Origin: an uncultured Paraprevotella sp.
GTDB taxonomy: Bacteria > Bacteroidota > Bacteroidia > Bacteroidales > Bacteroidaceae
Assembly (NCBI GenBank): GCA_900548345.1
Contig: URKA01000002.1
Coordinates: 146,127 to 170,126, forward strand
DNA length: 24,000 nucleotides
Direction: 5' to 3'
Every line of letters begins with the position of its first letter. Position 1 is the first letter of the stretch. The notes under the pieces were generated by a model that saw nothing but the letters and a program-made list of their open reading frames with translations, ran no database searches and had not been told where the DNA came from. Both the position numbers and the translations under genes were made by a program. Shown here piece by piece: positions 1-9,800 of the stretch.

Positions 1-109
1 GGCTGTGAAAATGGCCAACCGTTCTGCCGACCGTATCCTGTGGATTCGTGCCGTGACCCAAAGCGGCAAACTGAGAAGCGCAGTGGTGGAGTTGGACGGT
101 AAGGATTAA
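1..109 (+). CDS. 3' end of an unidentified CDS (partial; it runs off the 5' edge)
   Basis: The frame starting at nt 2 reads ...AVKMANRSADRILWIRAVTQSGKLRSAVVELDGKD and stops at TAA 107-109. A strong terminator lies 40 nt downstream. Thirty-five aa is too short to recognise a family. Confidence 0.35.
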   Translation, partial: AVKMANRSADRILWIRAVTQSGKLRSAVVELDGKD

Positions 110-151
110 GCAGGTCTTATGTAAACCTCAACCTACTTCTTTTAGATAAAC

Positions 152-190
152 GGTGTATGCCAGCAACTAAATTGGCATACACCGTTTTTT
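152..190 (+). terminator. Rho-independent terminator
   Basis: Perfect 11-bp stem GGTGTATGCCA (152-162) / TGGCATACACC (173-183) with a 10-nt loop, followed by GTTTTTT (184-190). Confidence 0.65.
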
Positions 191-237
191 AGGCGTAATT
201 TTCCCGGTAAATGTTTGTACGTTCTCCAAAGAAGGCT

Positions 238-245
238 TATTTTTG
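238..245 (+). promoter_or_regulatory. Candidate Bacteroidetes -7 promoter box (TAnnTTTG)
   Basis: TATTTTTG at 238-245, 27 nt upstream of ATG 272. Confidence 0.35.
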
Positions 246-271
246 TATAAGCAAGAATTTTCAATCAACTT

Positions 272-1264
272 ATGATGATTCAACCGGTGTTCCGTGAGAA
301 GAGGCCGGAGGAGTCTTCTCTGACAGGAACGGTCATGAACAACACAAAATATAACAGCCTCGACTATAACCGTTGTGTGCTCATTGTCATGGTGATTTTG
401 TGCCATGTGGTGAAACTGGGGGAATTGTATCCTGACTTTCAGGATGCGGTGCTGATGATTGTGAACCCGGCTTTCCTGATGATTACGGGCTACCTGGTGC
501 GGGTGGACAAGGGTTGGAAGGATTTCTCGCTTTACCTTGTAAGGATTATCCTGCCTTATGTCATTATGACATTGGGCTTTGGTGTTCTTTCCGTCTACCT
601 TCCTGTAAGATATGGGCTTGCAGACTGTCGGCTGTCTACATTGCTCCGTGCCTTGCTTGTTGAGCCTATAGGACCATACTGGTATTTCCACACAATGATT
701 ATCTGCTCTTTCCTATATTATATAGCTTTCAAATTGGGCAGACTTGGCAAATTGTCCTCATTCTTTGTATTCGCTTCCCTGTTGATTGTCTGTTCAAGGT
801 TTCTCCATCTGATGTCCATAAGGTTTGCATTCAGCTTTTTCATGGGAGCCTGCATCAGGCAGTTCTGCGGCAGTTTTCATGATTTCTGCAGGCCGTCGTA
901 TTACGCTTTGATTCCCTTTATGTTGCTGTTGTCCAAAGACCCGGTGACGTGGAGCGACTTTGTGGTGATTATCCTGTCGTTTTGTTTCGTAAGTTTCTTT
1001 TCCCAGGTATTCGCGGGAAGAGAGGGGTGGGCTATGGATGTCATGGGTTATATCGGGCGTAACACTTTCCCCATATACATATTCCACCCGATTTTTACGA
1101 TGGCTGCCAAATTCGTTTCCGGATGGTTCGTGTTCGACAAGTCCGGGGTGTTATATACCGTCTTCACAGTTGTACTTTGTGTGTCGGGAAGCCTTGGGAT
1201 AGCCCGTTTGATGGACATGACCCGACTTTCCCGTTGTTTCGGAAGGAAGAGGATGTTGCGTTGA
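272..1264 (+). CDS. Acyltransferase family 3 (OafA/YrhL-like) integral membrane protein
   Basis: 330-aa ORF that is hydrophobic throughout. N-terminal NRCVLIVMVILCHV and C-terminal GRNTFPIYIFHPIF resemble acyltransferase_3 motifs. The start is uncertain: ATG 272, or ATG 335 (MNNTKYNSLDYNR...), which gives the more typical N-terminus. Confidence 0.7.
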   Translation: MMIQPVFREKRPEESSLTGTVMNNTKYNSLDYNRCVLIVMVILCHVVKLGELYPDFQDAVLMIVNPAFLMITGYLVRVDKGWKDFSLYLVRIILPYVIMTLGFGVLSVYLPVRYGLADCRLSTLLRALLVEPIGPYWYFHTMIICSFLYYIAFKLGRLGKLSSFFVFASLLIVCSRFLHLMSIRFAFSFFMGACIRQFCGSFHDFCRPSYYALIPFMLLLSKDPVTWSDFVVIILSFCFVSFFSQVFAGREGWAMDVMGYIGRNTFPIYIFHPIFTMAAKFVSGWFVFDKSGVLYTVFTVVLCVSGSLGIARLMDMTRLSRCFGRKRMLR

Positions 1265-1299
1265 TGCTTCGTTTCTGGCTGTATCCGTTCGGAAAAGGC

Positions 1300-2343
1300 T
1301 TATTTTTCGATGGTGATTTCCCCTGCAAGGTCCGTATTCATCTGTTGGCGGACTTCCTCGGTAGGCATGTTGTGGCCAAGCAGAAACATCAGTTTGGTCA
1401 GTGCACATTCCGGGGTACTGTCATATCCGCTGATGACACCGGCTTCGAGCAACTGCCTGCCCGTTTCATACCGTTCCATTTCCACGCTACCTGATTGGCA
1501 TTGCGTGATGTTGACGATGATGATGCCGCGTTCGGCCGCTTCCTTGATGAGTTTGATAAACCATGGCTTTTGGGGCGCGTTGCCCGAACCGAAAGTTTTC
1601 ATCACCACGGCTTTCAGGCCGGGAATGCGGAATACAGAGGTGATGATACTTTCCTGAAGTCCGGGAAACAGCGTGAGGATGACCACGTTGGTGTCGAACA
1701 GGTAATGTGCCTTCAACGGTTTTCCGGGCATCGGTTTACGGATGCGTTCCGGCTTGAATTTGATGTCAATGCCGCTATGCCCCAGACACGGGTAATTGTA
1801 TGATTTGAAAGCGTTGAACTTCTCCGCATTGATTTTTGTCGTACGGTTGCCGCGCATCAGGTCGCTCTCAAAGTAAATGCACACTTCGGGCACCATGGCC
1901 GTTCCGTCGGGATTCTTGGCTGCGGCAATCTCGATGGCCGTAATCAGGTTTTCTTTCCCGTCGGTGCGTAGCATGCCCATGGGTAGTTGTGAGCCGGTGA
2001 GGATGACCGGTTTGGAAAGGTTCTCAAGCATGAAACTAATGGCAGACGCCGTGTAGGCCATCGTGTCTGTGCCGTGCAGTATGACAAATCCGTCGTACAG
2101 GTCATAATTGTGTTCGATGATTTGTACCAGCCGCACCCAATGATACGGTTCGATGTCCGAGGAGTCGAGAGGCGGTTCGAATGAATAGGAGTTGATGCGA
2201 TAGTTGAAACGTTTCAATTCAGGCACAAATGTCAGCAAGTGGTCGAAATTGAAACTTTCCAATGCTCCGGTCTCCGGATTTTCTATCATTCCGATAGTTC
2301 CTCCCGTGTAAATTAGCAGTACGGATGGGGCTGGTGTTGTCAT
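1300..2343 (-). CDS. ansA: L-asparaginase, type I (cytoplasmic)
   Basis: 347 aa with the N-terminal LLIYTGGTIGM and HGTDTM asparaginase signature motifs. No signal peptide is present. Confidence 0.9.
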   Translation of the reverse strand: MTTPAPSVLLIYTGGTIGMIENPETGALESFNFDHLLTFVPELKRFNYRINSYSFEPPLDSSDIEPYHWVRLVQIIEHNYDLYDGFVILHGTDTMAYTASAISFMLENLSKPVILTGSQLPMGMLRTDGKENLITAIEIAAAKNPDGTAMVPEVCIYFESDLMRGNRTTKINAEKFNAFKSYNYPCLGHSGIDIKFKPERIRKPMPGKPLKAHYLFDTNVVILTLFPGLQESIITSVFRIPGLKAVVMKTFGSGNAPQKPWFIKLIKEAAERGIIIVNITQCQSGSVEMERYETGRQLLEAGVISGYDSTPECALTKLMFLLGHNMPTEEVRQQMNTDLAGEITIEK

Positions 2344-2370
2344 ATTGCTATCGTTTTACGGTAATATTTG

Positions 2371-2378
2371 CAAATATA
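2371..2378 (-). promoter_or_regulatory. Candidate -7 promoter box for ansA
   Basis: The minus strand reads TATATTTG (plus-strand CAAATATA at 2371-2378), 28 nt upstream of the ATG at 2343. Confidence 0.4.
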
Positions 2379-2740
2379 CGATAAAGAAATGAATTTTTGG
2401 CAATACGAAGGGATAATGTTGTTTTCTTTTTAAATTATGGTTGTTTTTTCATCTGCATCCGCCGTGTTTTCTCTTTCGTGCATGTGTATGACCCGGTGAG
2501 GTGAAGACAGGACGGAAAGGGGGCCTGTATGCGATAAAATCCCGACCTGTCTGCATTCCGTTCTTGACAGCTCGGCTTTTTGTGTTTTAATTTCAGTAAC
2601 TTACAGATGGAAATGATAAGAAGCGTGAGTATGTGGCTATGCTTGAAAAGGATGAGGCGGATATGCAGTTATCTGCATTCATTCTGACTTCGGAAACTGT
2701 GGGCTTGAAGTTTGCCTTGAATATTATTTGGAGTAATAAG

Positions 2741-2772
2741 AAAAAAATCATGCCGCATTCAAGCGGCATGAT
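2741..2772 (-). terminator. Rho-independent terminator downstream of the YeiH-family gene
   Basis: The minus strand reads ATCATGCCGC-TTGAAT-GCGGCATGAT, a perfect 10-bp stem, followed by TTTTTTT. It lies about 55 nt after the stop at 2826. Confidence 0.65.
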
Positions 2773-2825
2773 GAGATGATAATATTATAAGGTATAACAA
2801 TTCTAACTTAGTACGGGCACATGGT

Positions 2826-3887
2826 TCAGCACAGAATTTTTGCGATGGCGTATCCGCCTAACAGGAGCCACAGGTAGAGTGCGCCCGCCAGATAGAACGG
2901 TTTGGCACCGGCCTGTTTGAACTTGTCGAAACTTGTTTCCGCTCCGAGAGCAGTCATGGCCATGGTGAGCAGGAAGGTGTCGAGGTTGTTGATGAATCCT
3001 ATGCCGGCCTTCAGAGGCTCTTCCGGGATGAAAGAGGCGGATTGCAACAGAGAGTTGATTCCGATGACCACCAGAAAGTAGAACGCGAACCAAGGTATGG
3101 TGATTTTATTTTTTCCGGCAGAGGCGGTACCGTTCTGTTTCTTGCGGCTGCGCGAGAGGAACAGGCTCATGATGACCAATACGGGAGCCAGCATCATGAC
3201 ACGTATCATCTTCGTGATGGTGGCTGCATCGGCAACGTGGCCGCCAGCTGCGTCGATGGCATTGCCGGCGCCAACAACGTGCGCCACTTCATGCAGCGTG
3301 GAGCCGGTATATACGGCTATGGCCTGGTCGCTGAGCCCGTCCATCAGTCCGGTACGGTACATCACCGGGTAGAGGAACATGGACAATGTGCCGAATATGA
3401 CTACCGTAGATACGGCGACGGCCGTCTTGTGCGCTTCGCATTTCACTACAGGCTCGGCTCCCAGCACGGCGGCTGCGCCGCAGATGGCGCTTCCGGTGGA
3501 GGTCATGAGTGCGGTTTGTCCGTCCACTTTGAAGAGCTTGCCGAAAAGGATGCCGAGCAGCAGGGTGCCTGTTACGATGATGAGGTCGGCCGTAACAGCA
3601 GGCAGTCCGATGGCTACAACCTGTTGGAAGGTCAGTTTGAAGCCATAGAGCACCACGCCCGTTCGCAGGATTTCTTTGGAACAGAACTTGATGCCGGGCA
3701 CCCACGTTTCAGGCAGTTTGTTGCGCAAGCTGTTGGCATACAGCATGCCTAGTATGATGCCGACGATGAGCGGGCTGAACGAAAGGTCTTTGATGAACTC
3801 GAAATCAGCTATATAGAAAGCCGAAAATGAGAACAGTACGATGAGAAGGATGCCGTGAAGCACTTCCCCTTTGTTTTCCTTGAACAT
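2826..3887 (-). CDS. YeiH/UPF0324-family putative sulfate-exporter-type membrane transporter
   Basis: Polytopic membrane ORF whose sequence (MFKENKGEVLHGILLIVLFSFSAFYIADF..., GSTLHEVAHVVGAG) matches my recollection of the YeiH family. I prefer ATG 3887 over the upstream in-frame ATG 3938, because the latter adds a polar 17-aa extension. Confidence 0.8.
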   Translation of the reverse strand: MFKENKGEVLHGILLIVLFSFSAFYIADFEFIKDLSFSPLIVGIILGMLYANSLRNKLPETWVPGIKFCSKEILRTGVVLYGFKLTFQQVVAIGLPAVTADLIIVTGTLLLGILFGKLFKVDGQTALMTSTGSAICGAAAVLGAEPVVKCEAHKTAVAVSTVVIFGTLSMFLYPVMYRTGLMDGLSDQAIAVYTGSTLHEVAHVVGAGNAIDAAGGHVADAATITKMIRVMMLAPVLVIMSLFLSRSRKKQNGTASAGKNKITIPWFAFYFLVVIGINSLLQSASFIPEEPLKAGIGFINNLDTFLLTMAMTALGAETSFDKFKQAGAKPFYLAGALYLWLLLGGYAIAKILC

Positions 3888-3935
3888 AATTTTCTGTTTT
3901 GATGTGTATGGTTTATTACTCTGGATTTGATGATG

Positions 3936-3943
3936 CAAAGGTA
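3936..3943 (-). promoter_or_regulatory. Candidate -7 promoter box
   Basis: The minus strand reads TACCTTTG (plus-strand CAAAGGTA at 3936-3943), 49 nt upstream of ATG 3887. Confidence 0.35.
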
Positions 3944-3985
3944 TATAAAAGCATGCAAAAGGCCGAATAAAAAGGGCCGAAACTC

Positions 3986-5137
3986 TCAGGATGCCCTACG
4001 TTTCTCATAATGGTATAAAGTATATAAGGCGACAGCTCCGACTGCGGCACAGGGAATGCCGGCCAAAGCCGGAGATGCCACACCGAAACCGTGTCTGATG
4101 ACAGCTCCTCCTATTGCTGCTGCCATGGCATTGGATACATTGAATGCAATCTGTATTCCAGCCCCGCCAAGCATCTCTCCTCCTTTGGCGTAACGTACGA
4201 TAAGGTATTGTAACGGCCCGCCAAGTCCGAACAGTAGTCCGGGAGCGACAAATGCAAATAGCAATGAGGGTATTTTATAGTGGGCGAACAGAAATATCAT
4301 TGGCATGAGTGCGATAGTAAGCGTTGCGATGATAGCTGTGACAATAGAAGGGGTATATTTGTCAGACAGGCGTCCGGCATAGAAGTTGCCGAATACCATG
4401 CCGGCACCGACCAAAACCATTATGAAGGTCATCGAGGAATTGGAGAAACCTGCCACATCGGTCATAATCGGAGATATATAGCTTAACCAACAGTATATAC
4501 TGGCCTGTCCGAAAAATACACCTGCGTATATCAGCCACGGGGCGGGGTGGGACAGAAAGCGGAACTGACCTTTCATACCGGTGTCAGGCAGCGGAGGCAA
4601 TACGGGAACCCAACATCTGATGGCAATAAATGTAATCAGTCCGAGAAGGGCTACAATCCCGAAAGGCAAACGCCACGAAAGCATGTGGCACGCAAAGGTG
4701 AATCCCGGAACTCCAACAAGATTGGCAATGGTCATGCCTCCAACAAGAACAGCCACTGCCGACGCTCCTTTTCCGGGGTCAGCCAGTTTGGAACAGACAA
4801 TGGCACCGGCACCGAAAAACGCCCCGTGTGGCAAGCCGGAAATAAATCTTGCCACTAACAGATTGCCAAAATCGGGGGATAGGGCAACCAGGGTGTTTCC
4901 AACAGTTATCACTGCGGCCAAGAATAACATGAGGCGGCGCAAAGGTAATCTGCGTAACAGTAACAGAGCCGGTGAACCTATTGCCACACCGGCCGAATAG
5001 GCGGAAATCAGATGTCCGGCCTTGGCAATGCTGATATTTAAATCGCGGGCTATCTCATTGAGAATCCCCATCATGCCGAATTCTACGATTCCGAGTGCAA
5101 AGGTGCCGAACGCAAGTGAAAGCAACGATTTCTTCAT
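3986..5137 (-). CDS. MFS transporter (AraJ/YdhP-like efflux permease family)
   Basis: 383 aa with about 12 hydrophobic segments. The N-terminus LAFGTFALGIVEFGMMGILNEIARDLNIS...AGHLISAYSAGVAIGSP is typical of the MFS_1 YdhP/AraJ group. Confidence 0.8.
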   Translation of the reverse strand: MKKSLLSLAFGTFALGIVEFGMMGILNEIARDLNISIAKAGHLISAYSAGVAIGSPALLLLRRLPLRRLMLFLAAVITVGNTLVALSPDFGNLLVARFISGLPHGAFFGAGAIVCSKLADPGKGASAVAVLVGGMTIANLVGVPGFTFACHMLSWRLPFGIVALLGLITFIAIRCWVPVLPPLPDTGMKGQFRFLSHPAPWLIYAGVFFGQASIYCWLSYISPIMTDVAGFSNSSMTFIMVLVGAGMVFGNFYAGRLSDKYTPSIVTAIIATLTIALMPMIFLFAHYKIPSLLFAFVAPGLLFGLGGPLQYLIVRYAKGGEMLGGAGIQIAFNVSNAMAAAIGGAVIRHGFGVASPALAGIPCAAVGAVALYTLYHYEKRRAS

Positions 5138-5157
5138 GACCGTCTTTTTTTAGCCTG

Positions 5158-5165
5158 CAAAAGTA
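5158..5165 (-). promoter_or_regulatory. Candidate -7 promoter box for the MFS gene
   Basis: The minus strand reads TACTTTTG (plus-strand CAAAAGTA at 5158-5165), 21 nt upstream of ATG 5137. Confidence 0.4.
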
Positions 5166-5240
5166 CTCAAAATATCTGAGACTGTCGAATGGGAGTGAGG
5201 AATGTTTGCCGTAGATTGATGTCTTCGGATGCCGTTGGAG

Positions 5241-5465
5241 TTATCCGAAACTGAACGTGATGCTGTCTTCGCTGCCAAGGCGGATTACGCCATCTTCCGC
5301 ACTGATGAAGATTTTGTTTTCGCGTGCCAGCCATCCTACGGCCATGGCAGTGTCTTCGATACTCAAACCGACCATGTCGGACAATTCTTTCATGGTGATT
5401 TCCTTGGCCTCATTCAGGGCATGCCAGATGATTCCGGCATGTGTGCCTACTTCTGTCTTGTACAT
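5241..5465 (-). CDS. Small winged helix-turn-helix protein (DUF2582 family)
   Basis: 74 aa. AGIIWHALNE...ITMKELSDMVGLS...AVGWLARENKI matches the DUF2582 wHTH pattern. Its start lies 7 nt downstream of the TolC-like stop, so it is probably co-transcribed with the efflux operon. Confidence 0.65.
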   Translation of the reverse strand: MYKTEVGTHAGIIWHALNEAKEITMKELSDMVGLSIEDTAMAVGWLARENKIFISAEDGVIRLGSEDSITFSFG

Positions 5466-5472
5466 GATGTCT

Positions 5473-6840
5473 TTATTTTGTTTGGTTGTATAATGTTCCT
5501 GCGGCTTTACGGTATTTTACGTAGTTCAGGTAGAGTTGGTATCGCGCATCGACTGTGGTTTCGTATGCCTGTTGCCAAAGAGCCTGTGCTTCCAGATGGT
5601 CGGACAGAGTTTCCATACCCACATCGAACTGGCTTTTGCTCACTCTCATGTTCTCCGTAGCCTGTTCTAATGAACGGTCGGCCAGTATGCATTCCATTTT
5701 AGCCTCATCCAGGTTGTTGGCGGCTTGTGTCAGTTCCAGTAGCATCTGTTCGTTGAGGTTTTCCCTTTCCAGACGGGTTTGTTCCAGCTTGGCTTTGGCC
5801 GCTTTCACTTTGTTGGTGCGTTCGCCGAAATGATAGACGGGTATGCTGACATTCAGCAGTACGGCGAAACTGCCTTTGTCGAAGAAAGTCTCGTCGTTCA
5901 ACTCGAATCCGTGTAAATAGTGAACTCCTCCTTGTATGCCGACCTTTGGAAGCAGCTCGCTGCGGCTTAGCTTGATTTGTTGCTGCGCGATGCTTTCCTG
6001 TTTTTCCAGAATGGTGTATTCAGGCCTTGACGAGACATCGGATATCTGCGGGGATATGTGTTGCTCGATTTCAGGGAAACCTTCGGCCACGGTAATCGCT
6101 TCGTTCAATGGTTTGCCGATAAGGTGGCAGAGGTTCATCGTGGCCAGTCTCAGAGCATTGTCGGCCTTGCGCATGGAAAGCTCGCTCTCGTTCAGTTTCA
6201 CCTGTACTTTCAGCACATCGTTCTGCGCCTTTAAGCCATGTTTACGTGCGCTTTCCACATTGCGGAGCAGTTCGGACAGCAGAGCGTTGTATTTTGCGGC
6301 AACTTTCTTCATTTCTTGTGCCTTGACCACCTGTGCGTAGGCATTGTCGGTTTGCAGTATCACATTGGTTGCCGTCAGCGTTTCGTTCATCTGTGCCATT
6401 TCGTGGCCCAATACGGACATCTTGTAGGCCGCCTGTATCTTTCCGCCCATATACAGCGGCTGTTCCAGTTGTATACCGGCGAAAAACATGGGGCCAACCT
6501 TGTAATTCAGGTCCAGGCCTGGAAAGTAGGCAAAGGCGGGCATTTGCTGAGGGACTCCGTTGGGCCCCATGGCGAAGAGAGGAAGTTGTCCGCCGCCGGA
6601 ACTGTAACCGCCGTCGGCCGTACTGTAAAGTCCTGTCGCGCTGGCCGTGAGGTTAGGGAAGAAATTTCCTTTATAACTCTTGACCGTGTATCGTGTGCTT
6701 TCCGTCTGTTTGACGGATGCCGCCATTTCCTTATTATAGGTCAGCGCCATATCCCTGCATTGTTTCAGGTTGAGAGTTTCCTGTGCTATGGCCGGGAATG
6801 ACACGCATGCGGCTGTGATGGTCAGAATAAGTTTCATCAT
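5473..6840 (-). CDS. TolC-family outer-membrane efflux protein
   Basis: 455 aa with the signal peptide MMKLILTITAACVSFPAIAQE and a two-repeat coiled-coil/beta-barrel OEP-like sequence. Its start overlaps the RND stop by ATGA (6837-6840). Confidence 0.85.
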   Translation of the reverse strand: MMKLILTITAACVSFPAIAQETLNLKQCRDMALTYNKEMAASVKQTESTRYTVKSYKGNFFPNLTASATGLYSTADGGYSSGGGQLPLFAMGPNGVPQQMPAFAYFPGLDLNYKVGPMFFAGIQLEQPLYMGGKIQAAYKMSVLGHEMAQMNETLTATNVILQTDNAYAQVVKAQEMKKVAAKYNALLSELLRNVESARKHGLKAQNDVLKVQVKLNESELSMRKADNALRLATMNLCHLIGKPLNEAITVAEGFPEIEQHISPQISDVSSRPEYTILEKQESIAQQQIKLSRSELLPKVGIQGGVHYLHGFELNDETFFDKGSFAVLLNVSIPVYHFGERTNKVKAAKAKLEQTRLERENLNEQMLLELTQAANNLDEAKMECILADRSLEQATENMRVSKSQFDVGMETLSDHLEAQALWQQAYETTVDARYQLYLNYVKYRKAAGTLYNQTK

Positions 6841-9800
6841 TTGGTCTGTTTTATGTGAAAGAATAAGGCGTAAAGAATAGGTATGAAGATTAGTGTGACC
6901 AGTGTTCCGAACAACAGTCCGCCCATGACAGAGGCAGCCAGCGAGCCGAACATGGCATCGGTCAGTAACGGAATCATGCCTAAAATTGTGGTAAGCGAGG
7001 CCATCATGACGGGACGCAGGCGGCTCTGTGCACTGTCGGTCAGTGCTTTGACCGGTTCCACGCCTTCATTCAGTTGTAACGTGATTTCGTCCATCAGCAC
7101 AATACCGTTCTTGATAATCATGCCTATCAGTCCGAGTGTGCCCACTATAGCCACGAAATTAAAAGTCTTGCCTGTGATGAGCATGATGGCTACCACACCG
7201 ATGAAGACCAACGGAATGCAACAGAAGATGATGGCAGGCTTGCGGTAGTCCTTGAACAACATGATGAGTATGCCTATCATCAGGATAATGGCCAACGGGA
7301 ATGTACTGAACAGGTACTTCATGGATTTGGTGTTGGCGGCCTTTTCTCCTTGCCATTGCAGGGTATATCCCGCCGGCAGTTCTATTTGGTCTATTTTCGC
7401 GGCAATGGCCTTGCGGGCCTTTTCCGTTTCGATACCCGGTACCGGCGAACATTGCACACGCTGGCTGCGTTGGCCGTCATACCTTGGTACAACAGGGTCT
7501 TCCCATCGGATGTCCACTTTTTTGCTGACTTGTTTCAACGGAGTCGTGGTCATGATATTCTCCACCAAATCTTCTTTGGACAATGTTCCGCTTTTCAACT
7601 TTACAAGCATTTCTTCGTTGACCAATCCGCTGAGTGAGGGGAGTGAAGAGAATACTTGCGTGTTGTCCAAATCATTGATGGGCATTCCCTGTTCGTCCAA
7701 ACATTTCAGGTAAATGTTGTCTTTATGTATGCCTTCATAGAAAGAACCGATGGGAATGCCGCTTGTGGCAGTCAGAAGCGACAGGCTGACATCGTTCCGG
7801 CTCAGTCCCAATGAACGTGCGGCCGGTTGGTCGTATTCCACCGTAAGTACGGGCACCTGAGGGTCCCAGTCGGTGGTTATCAGTTCCACTTCGGGAGAAA
7901 GCTCCATGATGGCGCGGGCACTGTCGGCAAGTTGGTGCAATACGGCAGGGTCCGGACCGAGGAACTGTGCTTCGATGGGATATTTCTTGAACATCAGATT
8001 GTAACGTTTCATCTTCACGTAAGCATCCGGATAGTGTGCTGTCAGGTAGTCCTGAATCTCTTCCATGTTATCCACGAGAGCATCGGAAGATTTAAAGTCG
8101 ATGATGAGTTCGCCGTAGGCTAATGACGGATTGGCTATGCTGCGCACGAGGTTGTAACGTCCGGGAGTTCCTCCGATGGAAGTCGTTACATGGGTAATTT
8201 CGTCCCGGCTTTTCAGGTAAGCCTCAATTTCTTCTAGGTCGTGCTTTACTCTTGTGGAGTTGTTACCTTCCGGAAGTTTGTATTCCATATACATTTGGTC
8301 GTATACCATGTCGGGGAAAAATCCCTGACGCATGTAATTGTAGCCAAGGACGGAAATTCCCAATAGCGTAATCATGGTAATGACGAACGTCCAGCGGTGA
8401 TGCAGGCCGAAGTTCAGGATTGAGCGAAGAATGGCGTATGCCTTTCCGTCGTACCTTCTTGGTTCCTGCGATGTCTGCACTTCAGATTTCAGATAACGGT
8501 TGGCCATCAGAGGGACATGTACCAATGCCAATATCCAACTGAGCAGAAGCGATACAGCCAATACGATGAACAGGTCTCTTGTATAGATTCCGGCCGTGTC
8601 TGGTGAGAGAAAGATGGGCAGGAAGGCTATGATGGCTATCAGGGTGGCTCCCAACAGCGGCATGGCTGTCTGGCGTCCGATGGTCGTCATGGCTTCCATC
8701 CGGTTCTTGCCGGCTTTCAGGTCCACAAGGATGCCGTCGTCGATGACAATGGCATTGTCTACCAGCATACCCATGGCCAAAATGAAAGCGCCTAACGAAA
8801 CGCGTTGCATGGTGCCGTCCATAAACTGCAGGAACAGGAATGAACCGAATACCGTGACAATTAAACTGACACCGATAATCATCCCGCTTCGGAATCCCAT
8901 GGCAATCATCAGTACCAACACGACAATGATGACGGATTCAATCAGATTGATGACGAATGTGCCCAACGATGATCCCACGCGGTCCGGTTGGTGGAATACT
9001 TTATGGAATTCCACACCGGCAGGGAAACGTTCCGTTTTCAGTTGTTCCAATTTGTCTTCCACTTCGCTGCCTACTTTCATGATGTCTGTTCCGCTTGCCG
9101 CGGCTATCAGAATGCCGATGGAACGTTCGCCGTCGTAGAACATTTCGTTACGGGTGGGAGATTCGTATTCTTTTTCTATCTTTGCGATGTCGTTTAGGCG
9201 AAGCTGGTCATCGTCATGTCCTTGTATGAGCATGTTACCGATGTCGTCGACGGTTTTGAATTTGTTGTTCACCGTCACCCGTATGCGGTTGTTCCCATTG
9301 TCGAAATATCCGGTATATGTGGTCTGGTTTTGTCCATTCAGGGTGGCCAGAACTTCTGCAGGCTTCACGCCCAAGTTGGCCATACGGTCTTGCAATAAAG
9401 ATATGTTGATACACTCCGGCCGTTGTCCGTACAATTCCACACGGTCTACTCCGTCAAGTTCTATAAGGTTGCGCTTGATTAGTTCCGCATAGTCCGCCAG
9501 TTCACGGTCGGTCAGTCCGTCTCCCGTTATGGCATAGAACATGCCGTATACATTTCCGAAATCGTCCTTGACAATAGGTTTTCCTGTTCCGGAAGGTAAT
9601 GATGCTTGCGCATCGTTGACTTTTCGGCGCAGCATGTCCCAGCATTGTTCTATATCGTCTTCCTTTACTGTACTCAGAAGTTCTACCTGAATCAGTGAAA
9701 GGTCGTTATATGAGTAACTTTCAATGTTGTCGATATTACCCATTGTGCGGATTTCCTTTTCCAGCACGTCTGTTACTTCCAATTCCACCTGATGTGCCGA

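Noticed and set aside
3042-3752. A 236-aa plus-strand ORF, and other ORFs, overlapping the YeiH-family gene.
   Set aside because: It is in the same codon register as the minus-strand gene (2826 and 3042 are both divisible by 3). It is Gly/His/Arg-rich with no motifs, while the opposite strand encodes a convincing polytopic transporter.
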